Positions 47,160 through 56,054 are shown, counted from the stretch's first letter. The stretch is DNA of 64,000 nucleotides from a virus (IMGVR_UViG_3300032030_000057:1-64000), one strand, 5' to 3'. Made by a program: numbers and translations. Notes: generated by a model not told the origin, from the letters alone.

Positions 47160-47446
47160 AAGCCAAGGTGCTGTGAAGCATAGTAGGCTTTTACGAAGTG
47201 AAATGTGTGCTTATAAATTATATATAAATGATTTTACTCGATTAGTTACACAGCCGAGCGAGGTTTACGTAGAATGTGGTGATTTCATATTCTTTATAGT
47301 TTTTACAGCCGATACATTGTGAAATGCAGTAGGCTTTGTATTGGATTCATTATCCTTCAAAACAACATATCTATATTTTTCTGCTAATTGATTAATAAAG
47401 ATGAGTTGTCTCAAGCTGAGGCGTTGCGAAATGTAGTAAGCTTTGA
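47160..47446 (+). ncRNA. Array of three conserved loop-E/GNRA hairpins separated by U-rich spacers
   Basis: AGCC-AAG-GTGCT-GTGA-AGCAT-AGTA-GGCT (47161); AGCC-GAT-ACATT-GTGA-AATGC-AGTA-GGCT (47307); AGCT-GAG-GCGTT-GCGA-AATGT-AGTA-AGCT (47414). Confidence 0.65.
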
Positions 47447-47454
47447 ACAGATAT

Positions 47455-47527
47455 CGCGGTAGCAGTGTGACAGTCGCATGCTGGGCTCATAATCCAGAGG
47501 TGGGAGGCAGGTTCCACTACCGCAACA
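47455..47527 (+). tRNA. tRNA-Met(CAT)-like element with non-canonical D and T arms
   Basis: Acceptor GCGGTAG/CTACCGC with C1:A mismatch; anticodon arm CTGGG-CTCATAA-TCCAG; no TTC T-loop, no D-loop GG, no encoded CCA. Confidence 0.55.
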
Positions 47528-47556
47528 AATAATTTCACGGAAACAATTGTTAAGCT

Positions 47557-48711
47557 ATGAAGATTTCATTTAAAGTAGACGACGTACTTCCTATGATGTC
47601 GCAGGCGGCATCCGTCGTCAATCCAAAGTCACCGATTCCTGTCCTTACCAGCCTTGTCATCAAGACACGTAAGAAGACTGGGAACGCAACAGTCACCGCG
47701 TCCGACAGCAACACATGGATAGACATGCTCATGCCTCTTGTCGGAGAGGAGAAAGGTGATGATTTTGCATTCACCGTAAACTCGAAAGACTTTGTCGCGG
47801 CCCTGAAGAATCTGTCTGGCAAGACGGTCACACTTGAGCTCAACGAAGAGTCTCACATTGCAAAGGTTACGTACGACAACGGTTATTTCAATATACCGTA
47901 CGACTCTGCGAACGACTTCCCGAGGCCAGTGCCAAGCACGGGAAACAGCGTAGAGTGCTTGGTGGATGCAGGCGTTTTGTACGATGCGATATCTTCGGTT
48001 GTATTTGCGGCGGCATCCAATCTCGTAACCATGCCTTATCTTAACGGAATACATATAGACGTAAGAAATGACATGCTTGTCGCTATTGCTTCAGACTTCA
48101 ACCACGTGGTGCTGTTCAAGGACCATTCGGTACGTTCTGACACAGACACTGGAGACGGAATCAATATACCTAACAAGCCAGCGCGTATCGTCGAGTCGAT
48201 TACGAAGAATACTGAAGGTGTCGTAAAGCTTTCGTTCTGCGACAACACGTTCTCTGTTTCATGTATGTACTACAGGGTGATATCACTGCTCAACGAAGGC
48301 AACTATCCAGACTTCAACAGGATTCTTCCGAAGGAGAGCCCAATCAATGTCACTCTGACAAGAGAAGACCTCCTGTCTGCATTAAAGAGAATACAGCCGA
48401 TGAGCAACACGGCCAGCGAGCTCGTCGTATTCAACTTTACGGAAGGCAACCTCAATATCAGCGTTGAGGATGTTGACTTCTCAAAGTCGGCAGGAGAGGA
48501 CATCAAGTGCGACTATACTGGAGACGGTTTCCGTATAGGACTCAAGTACAGCTACATGGTATCCCTTCTTTCAAACCTGTCTGGCGATAACGTTACCATG
48601 AAGATGTCGCTTCCACAGAAGCCAGTCGTAATTGTTCCAGATTCTCAGGGAGAGACCAGAGAGGTTATATCAATTGTCATGCCCATGAAACTTAACGGAG
48701 ATGTACAATGA
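47557..48711 (+). CDS. dnaN: DNA polymerase III beta sliding clamp
   Basis: 384 aa; P.L..L...ASD..; FP; LNGI..AIASD; GNYPDFNRILP; IGL...Y...L; IVMPM. Confidence 0.95.
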   Translation: MKISFKVDDVLPMMSQAASVVNPKSPIPVLTSLVIKTRKKTGNATVTASDSNTWIDMLMPLVGEEKGDDFAFTVNSKDFVAALKNLSGKTVTLELNEESHIAKVTYDNGYFNIPYDSANDFPRPVPSTGNSVECLVDAGVLYDAISSVVFAAASNLVTMPYLNGIHIDVRNDMLVAIASDFNHVVLFKDHSVRSDTDTGDGINIPNKPARIVESITKNTEGVVKLSFCDNTFSVSCMYYRVISLLNEGNYPDFNRILPKESPINVTLTREDLLSALKRIQPMSNTASELVVFNFTEGNLNISVEDVDFSKSAGEDIKCDYTGDGFRIGLKYSYMVSLLSNLSGDNVTMKMSLPQKPVVIVPDSQGETREVISIVMPMKLNGDVQ

Positions 48712-48811
48712 ACAACAATACGCCTACACTCATGCAGAGCGAAGAGGAGCGTGCTCCTTGGAACCAGCCTTTGAATGAACTTTACGACTGGTGCGATAAA
48801 GAGGAAGACGA

Positions 48812-49255
48812 ATGAAAGACGACATCGTAAGCGGATACGTGGAGCGCAAAGGAGAGGGCCGATACGAGGGCGAGATTCTCGTCGAGCGTGTCGACCTGTC
48901 TCCTATTGAGGCTGTGTTTTTCAAGCAGAAAGAGGATATGTATCTCTGGCTGAAAAGAAAGCCTGTTCTCGAATATGACAGGAAGGCGATGAAATACAAT
49001 GAACGCCATCGTAACCCACAGTGGGAATGCTTCCTGAAGAAACAGATGGACGGAGACGCAGTGGCGTACAAAGGCGAGTTCGTATTCATGCATTTCAAAT
49101 TCTCTATCGTAGGCGTATGGGATACCGTTCTCGGAACAGACAAGAAGGCAAGACTTAACCTGTTCGTTGAACGTATGCCGATGTCACAGCAGACTATCAT
49201 AAACAGTATAAACGAAAGGAAAAAGAATGAAACAGGACGAGGAAATAAGGGATGA
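48812..49255 (+). CDS. Hypothetical protein
   Basis: 147-aa ORF. Confidence 0.65.
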   Translation: MKDDIVSGYVERKGEGRYEGEILVERVDLSPIEAVFFKQKEDMYLWLKRKPVLEYDRKAMKYNERHRNPQWECFLKKQMDGDAVAYKGEFVFMHFKFSIVGVWDTVLGTDKKARLNLFVERMPMSQQTIINSINERKKNETGRGNKG

Positions 49256-49733
49256 GTTAATTGCAAAGGAACACAGCAGTACGGAGGATATATGCAGGCT
49301 CCTGAGAGAGCATGAAAGCGATATCCATTCGTACCTTGCACAGTTCGTTGCCTCCATCTGCGATGTCGACATAGACCGTATGATGAACGACTGTGGAGAT
49401 AACGCGAGATATACTGCACAATGCAGGTGGCTTTTCTGGCTTGCATACAGGTATCTGACAAGCGAGCCATACGGAAAGATGGCAGAGAGGTTGGGAAAAT
49501 ACGGCAAGAAATTCACAACTTCTGGAATCAACTTCGGCGTCAATAAGATGTCGCAGATGGTCGACGAGGATACCGTCTGGAAAAAACGCTGGATAATGGT
49601 CAAGAGAATCGTCAGGATATACAACGAGTCAACCAATATTCCGATGCAGACCGAACGCCAGCGTGACAGCATAAAGATTGTCATATATAAGCCAGCAGAC
49701 GCGGATGTAAAAGTCGAATTCAAAAATGAGTAG
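49227..49733 (+). CDS. Putative DnaA domain IV-like HTH protein
   Basis: FVASICDVDIDRM..CRWLFWLAYRYLTSEPYGKMAERLG..SGINFGVNKM aligns by eye with the DnaA C-terminal pattern. Confidence 0.45.
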   Translation: MKQDEEIRDELIAKEHSSTEDICRLLREHESDIHSYLAQFVASICDVDIDRMMNDCGDNARYTAQCRWLFWLAYRYLTSEPYGKMAERLGKYGKKFTTSGINFGVNKMSQMVDEDTVWKKRWIMVKRIVRIYNESTNIPMQTERQRDSIKIVIYKPADADVKVEFKNE

Positions 49734-50118
49734 CATGAAACATGAACAAGTAATATACGGACAAGCTCCATCAAAAGCTAACACATACCGAATCATTACC
49801 ATAAACGGTCATGGCAGTCTTGGAAAAACAACTGCAATGAAGAAGTATGAGCATGATTTTTTTCTTCAGTGTGGAGCATACCGTAACAAGAAAATAAGCG
49901 GATTTTTTGAGCTGTACTTGGATGTATACTTTAAGAGTAACCAACCAGACCTTGATAATTCGCTTAAAGTGATTTTGGATTGTCTACAGGAATGTAAGGC
50001 CATTAAGAATGACCGCAACTGCGTAAAGATTGTGGCTAATAAATTTGTCGACAAAAATAATCCGAGAATCGAATTTACAATCGTAGAAGTAGGAAAACAA
50101 GCAACAGAGGACAAATAA
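49726..50118 (+). CDS. rusA: RusA-like Holliday junction resolvase
   Basis: APSKAN..PDLDNSLKVILDCLQ..IKNDR..PRIEF.I. Confidence 0.85.
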   Translation: MSSMKHEQVIYGQAPSKANTYRIITINGHGSLGKTTAMKKYEHDFFLQCGAYRNKKISGFFELYLDVYFKSNQPDLDNSLKVILDCLQECKAIKNDRNCVKIVANKFVDKNNPRIEFTIVEVGKQATEDK

Positions 50119-50119
50119 T

Positions 50120-50737
50120 ATGGAATCATATATTGACATTAAATCGTCATTACACATTCGCGGAATAGATATAGACGAGAAGCAGTATTTCTTCGTCCTG
50201 TCGTGCGTGATAGGAGAAAGGCCTGAGGTCGCCTATGCGATGATATACGACACAAAGCTATTCAATCATGCCATAGAGACAGAGGACGAGGAAGAATACC
50301 TTTCTTCTGTGAAGGGTGATGCAGAAATAAGACTACAGCAGCAGGATGAAAAGCAACTGTTTGATATACTTGAGTCTGATTACAAGGCAGATATTCAAGC
50401 AAAGGCAATGAATCTGGAAAATTATTCGTTCACAGCAGGTCAGGCAATCCAGATTCTTCAGAACCTTCTTCATGACAGGGCAAATGACATTTCGTCATCT
50501 TCTGCAAAGGATATCATATCAATCATCAACTCTCTGGCTGCGCAGGGTGCTCTACAAAGTGGAGATAATTTCGACAGCCACTTTGTCCACATACATGACA
50601 AGTTTAACTCCCTTTGTGTATGCGGAAGAGAGATAGATGTGTTTGCTGGACTTGACTGTATATGTCCACATTGCGGTCAGGTGTATAAGTGGAGCGAGGC
50701 TGAGAAAAGATTCTATCCTGAAGCAACAAAACTATGA
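50120..50737 (+). CDS. Hypothetical protein, possibly terminase-small-subunit-like, with C-terminal Zn ribbon
   Basis: EKQYFFV..AYAMIY..AEIRLQ..FTAGQAIQIL; CVCG...CPHCG. Confidence 0.3.
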   Translation: MESYIDIKSSLHIRGIDIDEKQYFFVLSCVIGERPEVAYAMIYDTKLFNHAIETEDEEEYLSSVKGDAEIRLQQQDEKQLFDILESDYKADIQAKAMNLENYSFTAGQAIQILQNLLHDRANDISSSSAKDIISIINSLAAQGALQSGDNFDSHFVHIHDKFNSLCVCGREIDVFAGLDCICPHCGQVYKWSEAEKRFYPEATKL

Positions 50738-51204
50738 CGACTATGGAAACAAAAGGAATTATTATCAGTAAAGAAGACTACGAACGCCTAACTGATGTTG
50801 AAAAGAACTTTAATGATAAAGTTAAAGAAAACAAGGAGTCGTTCAAGAAAGGTTTGGAAGATGCTATAAAAGGCAATCTTGTAAAGGTGCTTTGGATAAA
50901 TGATAAGTATTATGCAGACCTTATGGGATGCGATTTGTCAGATGAAGGCATTGACAAGTTTATAAGACGTGAGGATGCGGATTTTGTAGATAATGTGTCT
51001 GCAAACTGGTCTTATGATAGGGATAAACTTGTAAATGAGCACAAAGACAAAAGAACCACACAAGAACAAATAAACAAATTTGGAGATGCCTATAAAGAAC
51101 AAATCATAGCAAACCAAAAGAAATCCATTCGTAACCTTTGGTGGGCTTTCGCTATTATGTCTATGGCTTGGCTGGTACAACTAATTGCGTATATAATGAA
51201 ATGA
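50734..51204 (+). CDS. Hypothetical protein with C-terminal TM helix
   Basis: 156 aa. Confidence 0.6.
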   Translation: MTTMETKGIIISKEDYERLTDVEKNFNDKVKENKESFKKGLEDAIKGNLVKVLWINDKYYADLMGCDLSDEGIDKFIRREDADFVDNVSANWSYDRDKLVNEHKDKRTTQEQINKFGDAYKEQIIANQKKSIRNLWWAFAIMSMAWLVQLIAYIMK

Positions 51205-51228
51205 CAAAACTTAAACAGAGAAAACGTT

Positions 51229-51555
51229 ATGCAAAGCACAGTAATTCTATTAAGACAAAATAGTCAAGAAATCCGCGACGCAATAAAGGCTGGTGGCATA
51301 GACGTTTGTATATGCGCTAACTTTGTCGATAGCGTTTGGCTTGACTACTACCCGACGATTGGTAGTGTACATGGCATTGGCTATCCTTACGAGGGCATGA
51401 CAAGCGAACAGACGATTGCGTTCATTGAATACGAATGGAAGCAATACAACACTAAGGTGATAGAATGTAAGGACGTTCAAGAGTTTATCAACGAAATAAA
51501 AAAGTCAGAATATGGAAACGAAATTGAACGAAAACGAGGTAAAAGAGGTTGCTAA
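51229..51555 (+). CDS. Hypothetical protein
   Basis: 108 aa. Confidence 0.55.
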   Translation: MQSTVILLRQNSQEIRDAIKAGGIDVCICANFVDSVWLDYYPTIGSVHGIGYPYEGMTSEQTIAFIEYEWKQYNTKVIECKDVQEFINEIKKSEYGNEIERKRGKRGC

Positions 51556-51745
51556 GATGCAAATGAAGATTGACGCATACGAGTCCTTTATCAGCACTAT
51601 TGGCGTAATGTTAGCGACAAAGAAAACCAACTTGAACTATCTTGTGTTCGATGGCACTCCGTTTACAAAAGAGATGAACAGAATATGGCGGTTTGTAAAA
51701 GAGAAAGTCAATGAGGGTAAGGAGAATAACAGGAGCGTGATTTGA
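51512..51745 (+). CDS. Hypothetical protein
   Basis: 77 aa. Confidence 0.55.
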   Translation: METKLNENEVKEVAKMQMKIDAYESFISTIGVMLATKKTNLNYLVFDGTPFTKEMNRIWRFVKEKVNEGKENNRSVI

Positions 51746-51751
51746 TTAGAG

Positions 51752-51837
51752 CGCATTTTTAGGCTCTCTGACGGCATTTTACCGCATCGCCCTATAAGTT
51801 ATCCGCCGAAAGAATTTTAAACGCTCAGAATGAAAAA
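51752..51837. repeat. Imperfect cruciform with GTTATCCGCC core, copy 2 (opposite orientation to 17772)
   Basis: CGCATTTT.AG..C..GCATTT..CTATAAGTTATCC.CC..AAACGC aligns with the reverse complement of copy 1. Confidence 0.45.
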
Positions 51838-51926
51838 TATTAAAAACTGTGTAAAATGCATAGAAAACAAATAGGCTCGCTTCCGACGTGGTTGCAAGCC
51901 TATTATGAAAGTTTAACCCTTCATCC

Positions 51927-52060
51927 TTTGCTTCTACAAAAATTATTCGTAACTTTGCAAAAGAAATAAACGCTTATCCACCACTAAGCGAATATATAAG
52001 ACTAAATGGATTTGTCTCGTTAGATGCGTGGTGGCTCTTTCGGGGCATTTCCGTTTTTAT
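51927..52060 (+). promoter_or_regulatory. SigmaA promoter plus kissing-loop leader of the HNH gene
   Basis: TTTG-N19-TAACTTTG; loops CCACCAC and GTGGTGG. Confidence 0.6.
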
Positions 52061-52064
52061 ATTT

Positions 52065-52715
52065 ATGGAAGAAATTTGGAAAGACATTGAAGGGTTTGAG
52101 AATGATTACATGGTTTCGTCTTATGGGAGAATTATGATGAAAGAACATAGTTGTTTAATGCCAAATGGAGGGACTAAGGTAATTCCGAATCACATTCTCA
52201 ATACCATAACCACAAAAAATAAATACGTTTGCGTTTCTTTAAAAAAAAGAACGTATTATGTTCACAGACTTGTCGCAAAAGCGTTTCCAGAAATATGCGG
52301 GTTATGGTTCGATGATTGCCAAGTTGACCATATAAACACAATAAGAAACGATAATATGGCAACAAACCTTCGTGTTGTGTCAGCACACGAGAATAGTACA
52401 AATCCCATAACCATCAAACATCAAATGGAAGCAAAGTTAGGCAAGAAGATGCCGATTGGTTTTAGAGAATTGCAAAGACAAATACATTTAGGTAATAATC
52501 TTTCTTGTCAAACAAAAGAGAAAATAAGAAATTCTTTACTGAATAATCCCCTTATAAGTAAAAGAGTGTTGCAATTGGATTTAGATGGTAAAGTGATAAA
52601 AGAGTGGGCAAGCAGCAAGGAAGCCGAAAGACACGGTTTTCATCACAGCAGTATAAATTTGTGTTGCAAAGGAATTTATAAACAACACAAAGGTTTTATT
52701 TGGAAATATTTATAA
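52065..52715 (+). CDS. NUMOD4-HNH-NUMOD3-NUMOD1 homing endonuclease
   Basis: EIWKDIEGF..Y.VSSYGR; VHRLVA.AF; VDHINTIRNDN.A.NL; KRVLQLDLDG..W.S..EA..GFIWKY. Confidence 0.9.
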   Translation: MEEIWKDIEGFENDYMVSSYGRIMMKEHSCLMPNGGTKVIPNHILNTITTKNKYVCVSLKKRTYYVHRLVAKAFPEICGLWFDDCQVDHINTIRNDNMATNLRVVSAHENSTNPITIKHQMEAKLGKKMPIGFRELQRQIHLGNNLSCQTKEKIRNSLLNNPLISKRVLQLDLDGKVIKEWASSKEAERHGFHHSSINLCCKGIYKQHKGFIWKYL

Positions 52716-52729
52716 ACAACAACAAAAAA

Positions 52730-52755
52730 GAAAGAGCCTACACAATGAGGCTCTA
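52730..52755. terminator. Terminator between convergent operons
   Basis: A-run, then AGAGCCT-ACACAATG-AGGCTCT. Confidence 0.55.
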
Positions 52756-53136
52756 TCTTATATCTGCAATTTCTTCCATAATTCTTTGGAAGATAAACCC
52801 AGACAAATATGCAAAGTCCTCTCCAGAGCAAGGCTTATTGTAGAATGCTGTTATAGCAGATGCTGTGTGTGCCGTCTCATGTACAATAGTATTTAAGAAT
52901 TGTCCTTTTGATGTGGCTCTTCCTATGAACATTGCAGACATTCTCAAATCATCACTACTTACAGTCATTCCGCTGTTAAAAGTAGAAAGAACGTTAAGTG
53001 AACGGTTTATTGAACGTCTATTCATTCCGAAGCTTCTACACAACACTTCTATATCTCTGTAGTCAGACTCGTTAAAGTCGTAACAAAAAATTATTCCCCA
53101 AGATTCTTCTGGGATTTCGATATAAGCTTTTTTCAT
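52753..53136 (-). CDS. HExxH zincin-like metallopeptidase
   Basis: TIVHETAH...E.FAYL. Confidence 0.6.
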   Translation of the reverse strand: MKKAYIEIPEESWGIIFCYDFNESDYRDIEVLCRSFGMNRRSINRSLNVLSTFNSGMTVSSDDLRMSAMFIGRATSKGQFLNTIVHETAHTASAITAFYNKPCSGEDFAYLSGFIFQRIMEEIADIR

Positions 53137-53140
53137 AGAC

Positions 53141-53602
53141 TTAAAAGAATCTTTCCCAATAAATAGGAATCCCCATTACGTCCATCTTAGCCTTAAAGCA
53201 AGCGAGAACTGCTGTTGGCTCACAGTCTGGGTCACATATTGTTTCTTCGATAAACAACGCACGATGCTTGTCATCTTCAAGAGATTTTTTATAATCTGCT
53301 TCACACATGTGCATTAAGTAATATCCGTCATAGTAAGACTCGTCTGGCAGCTTTAGCTTGTTTGTCTGCAAGAACTCATCGTATTCTTCCAATGTCTTTT
53401 TCTTTACTGGCTCTAACATTCCTGTTGTCGGGTTTTCTTTTCTCATGTTAGAGATTGCCCACTCAGCTAATTTTTTGTTGAAGTGACAATGATATTTACT
53501 GTTGTAAATCTCTTCCTCTTCGCTTTTATATACATAATATTCCATTTTTTTGTTCCCTTTCTTTTTTATAATGGGGAAAGGGCAAAAACACCCAATCCCC
53601 AA
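53141..53602 (-). CDS. Conserved phage cassette protein
   Basis: YHCHFNKKLAEWAISNM...CDPD. Confidence 0.65.
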   Translation of the reverse strand: MGIGCFCPFPIIKKKGNKKMEYYVYKSEEEEIYNSKYHCHFNKKLAEWAISNMRKENPTTGMLEPVKKKTLEEYDEFLQTNKLKLPDESYYDGYYLMHMCEADYKKSLEDDKHRALFIEETICDPDCEPTAVLACFKAKMDVMGIPIYWERFF

Positions 53603-53612
53603 AAGTTAATTA

Positions 53613-53828
53613 CTAAAGATACCTTCCACGGCTATCGCGCTGACGACGGTAGTGTTCATCTTCTGAATCTTCCCATCCCGCACGATACCCGTGCTCATAC
53701 ATCTTATCACGCTCTTCTTCGTGGCGCATCATTGGATAATAGCCATCACCACGCATCATTCTGCGCATGTTGTGACGAACGCTCTGCATTTCATCGTCAC
53801 GGTCTGTGTTGAAAATCAAATATCCCAC
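53613..53828 (-). CDS. Small R/G/Y-rich cassette protein ending RDSRGRYL
   Basis: 71 aa. Confidence 0.65.
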   Translation of the reverse strand: MGYLIFNTDRDDEMQSVRHNMRRMMRGDGYYPMMRHEEERDKMYEHGYRAGWEDSEDEHYRRQRDSRGRYL

Positions 53829-53856
53829 TTTGATTACCCTTTCTTACTTTTGTGGA

Positions 53857-54378
53857 TTAAACATTGCTTGGCGAAGGGGAGTCCAACTTCTGCAAGATTC
53901 CAAGGATTGTGTCGAGTTTCTTGTCGGTCTCTGACTGACGGCGTTCAAGGTCTGTAATAGTGCGAGCCTGTTTCTTGTTTTCCGCATACTGAGGGTTCAA
54001 TACCTCAAGCATCTTTTCCGATTCGGCAATGACTGATTTGTGATAAGCGACCTGCTCCAAAGCCTTTTTGGATGTTTGCAGCATGTTGTCAACGGCTTGC
54101 AGCATTGCCTCACGGCTACCGCTGAATGTAACATTGCCCTTTGCGGCAATTTCTACACCAACAGGTATGTCGTTGTAAGTTTCGTCTTTCCCGTTCAACG
54201 ACACAGTGATGTCTATGACTTGTTGTGGCTGCAAGCCCGTCATAAGATTCGGGGTAGATGTTGGAAACTTAACGTGAGGCTGTGTTTTGGCCTTAACTGT
54301 GCCAACATCGAGAGTTGGCTTTTCTCCTTGACGAAGAATGTAAAGAGGACTACCCTGTCCAAGTGATGAAAAATCCAT
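53857..54378 (-). CDS. Cassette protein with C-terminal coiled-coil
   Basis: MDFSSLGQGSPLYILRQG...LNPQYAE. Confidence 0.7.
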   Translation of the reverse strand: MDFSSLGQGSPLYILRQGEKPTLDVGTVKAKTQPHVKFPTSTPNLMTGLQPQQVIDITVSLNGKDETYNDIPVGVEIAAKGNVTFSGSREAMLQAVDNMLQTSKKALEQVAYHKSVIAESEKMLEVLNPQYAENKKQARTITDLERRQSETDKKLDTILGILQKLDSPSPSNV

Positions 54379-54409
54379 ATTGATTACTTTTTTTATTGTT
54401 AAATACTAA

Positions 54410-54745
54410 TTACACTACGGTACGTGACATTAACATCAACGAGCCGTTGAATCTGTCATTCAACACCAAAATTGCACTTACGTTGAGTAATTCTGCGGCA
54501 GTGACGTTTTCGCCGTTTGGGAGTGTCAACTGACGTGTAGTGCCATTTAGTGTTAAAGTAACAGGTAGTGTCGTTGTAGCATCGGCAGGTATCACATCCG
54601 AAATACGGAGAGTGAAATAGCCAAGAGGCTGAATCCTGCGAAAGCCCATTGCAATGTCGATAGTCTCAGTACCAACAGTGGTCTTTGTTGAAACAAGTAG
54701 TGGAATACCACCCATATTTGTTGCAATATTATTAAAACAACTCAT
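54410..54745 (-). CDS. Small all-beta cassette protein
   Basis: 111 aa, T/V-rich. Confidence 0.65.
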   Translation of the reverse strand: MSCFNNIATNMGGIPLLVSTKTTVGTETIDIAMGFRRIQPLGYFTLRISDVIPADATTTLPVTLTLNGTTRQLTLPNGENVTAAELLNVSAILVLNDRFNGSLMLMSRTVV

Positions 54746-54771
54746 ACTATATACCTCCTATCCACTAAATG

Positions 54772-55722
54772 TTAGAAACCAAAACCGTTTCCGAACCAAC
54801 CGTTTCCGTAGAAGCCACCCATATATGGAGTGTTGTTTACGGCGGTAACATTTGGATATGTTACGGCGATGGTGTTTGGCATCTTGTTCTTGATGTCGTC
54901 AACTTGGTTCTGGATTCCTGCGAGCTGACCAAGGATAGGTGCAACTGCCTGCTGAACAACACCAGTAGTAAAGTTCTGAGACTTCAACGAAGCAACCTCG
55001 GCTGTCAAAGCGGTAATCTCGCGGTCTTTGCGGTTCGACTCCATAGCGTCGAGCTTGTTGTCGATAGCAAGGAAGTTACGGTTCATGTTGTCCGTCAAAG
55101 CGTAAGTTTGCTGGCACATAGCCAATTGGTCGGCAGCAGCCTTTGCCTGTACCTGATTACCTACACCATTGATTGCGTTCTGCAAGGTGTTGGTCTGCTG
55201 ACAAGTAGCAAGCTGTTGGTCGCAGCAACACTTCTGGAATGCGCTGATAATGCTTGCGTCACCACTCTGGATGGAGTTGATAATCTGAGGAACGCTTACT
55301 GCCTGCTGCAAAGCAAGGTTGCTAAGAGCGGACTGTACATTGTTGACAGCACCGTTTACAAGATTGAAATCCTGTCCGAGCATAGTGCTCAGTGTCTGAA
55401 TAGCCGTGCGTGAAGCCTCGCCTTGGTTGGTGATAGCGTTCATTATAAGTTCACGGCCAGAATCGTTCGAGAGCTGATTAGCCAAGAAAGCCGCGCCTGA
55501 GTTTCCTCCGCCAAAGCCTCCATTGCCAAATCCGCCATTGTTCCAGCCGAACATTGAAGCAATGATAGCCAATCCAAATAAGTCAGCAATCCCGTTCATG
55601 CCGTAGTTACCGCCGAACAGGCCACCACCCATACCGAAACCGCCGATGGGTATCGAGAATGGAATATTGCCGAAACCTCCGTTGTTTCCTGAATTTTCAG
55701 GAAGTTGATAAATCTCTGCCAT
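54772..55722 (-). CDS. Gly/Asn-rich membrane-anchored coiled-coil protein, first gene of the cassette
   Basis: G/N/F low-complexity N-terminus, hydrophobic helix, CCCDQQ, coiled-coil; promoter TATCTTTG at ~55790-55797. Confidence 0.8.
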   Translation of the reverse strand: MAEIYQLPENSGNNGGFGNIPFSIPIGGFGMGGGLFGGNYGMNGIADLFGLAIIASMFGWNNGGFGNGGFGGGNSGAAFLANQLSNDSGRELIMNAITNQGEASRTAIQTLSTMLGQDFNLVNGAVNNVQSALSNLALQQAVSVPQIINSIQSGDASIISAFQKCCCDQQLATCQQTNTLQNAINGVGNQVQAKAAADQLAMCQQTYALTDNMNRNFLAIDNKLDAMESNRKDREITALTAEVASLKSQNFTTGVVQQAVAPILGQLAGIQNQVDDIKNKMPNTIAVTYPNVTAVNNTPYMGGFYGNGWFGNGFGF

Positions 55723-56054
55723 AGTTTTTTTTCTTTTGTTTTGTTGTTAAAAAAGATGTTAGTTATCTCAAGTGTAACGTTACGCTGGCAAAGATAATGT
55801 GTTTTTCTGTTATGTTAAACGCGTACTCAATTAAGTCCGTAGCAATAATGAAATACGGACAGCACAAAACAAAAGAACGCGTCACAATGGCGTACTTTCA
55901 CAAGTCCAAAGTGAAAGTAAAATCCCCCCATAAACAAAGGCTTTTCCCCATATAATTTTTTATAAAGGGATATTTTTCTGCGATATTAAAAATCGTATCT
56001 ACTTGATTATCAATACGTTATATTATTATTTACTAACTAAAATTTTTCAAAACT

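Noticed and set aside
47107-47446. CRISPR array or mini-array
   Set aside because: The repeats are structurally but not sequence-identical, spacers are irregular (spacing 146 and 107 nt) and no cas genes are present; kept as a different kind of array
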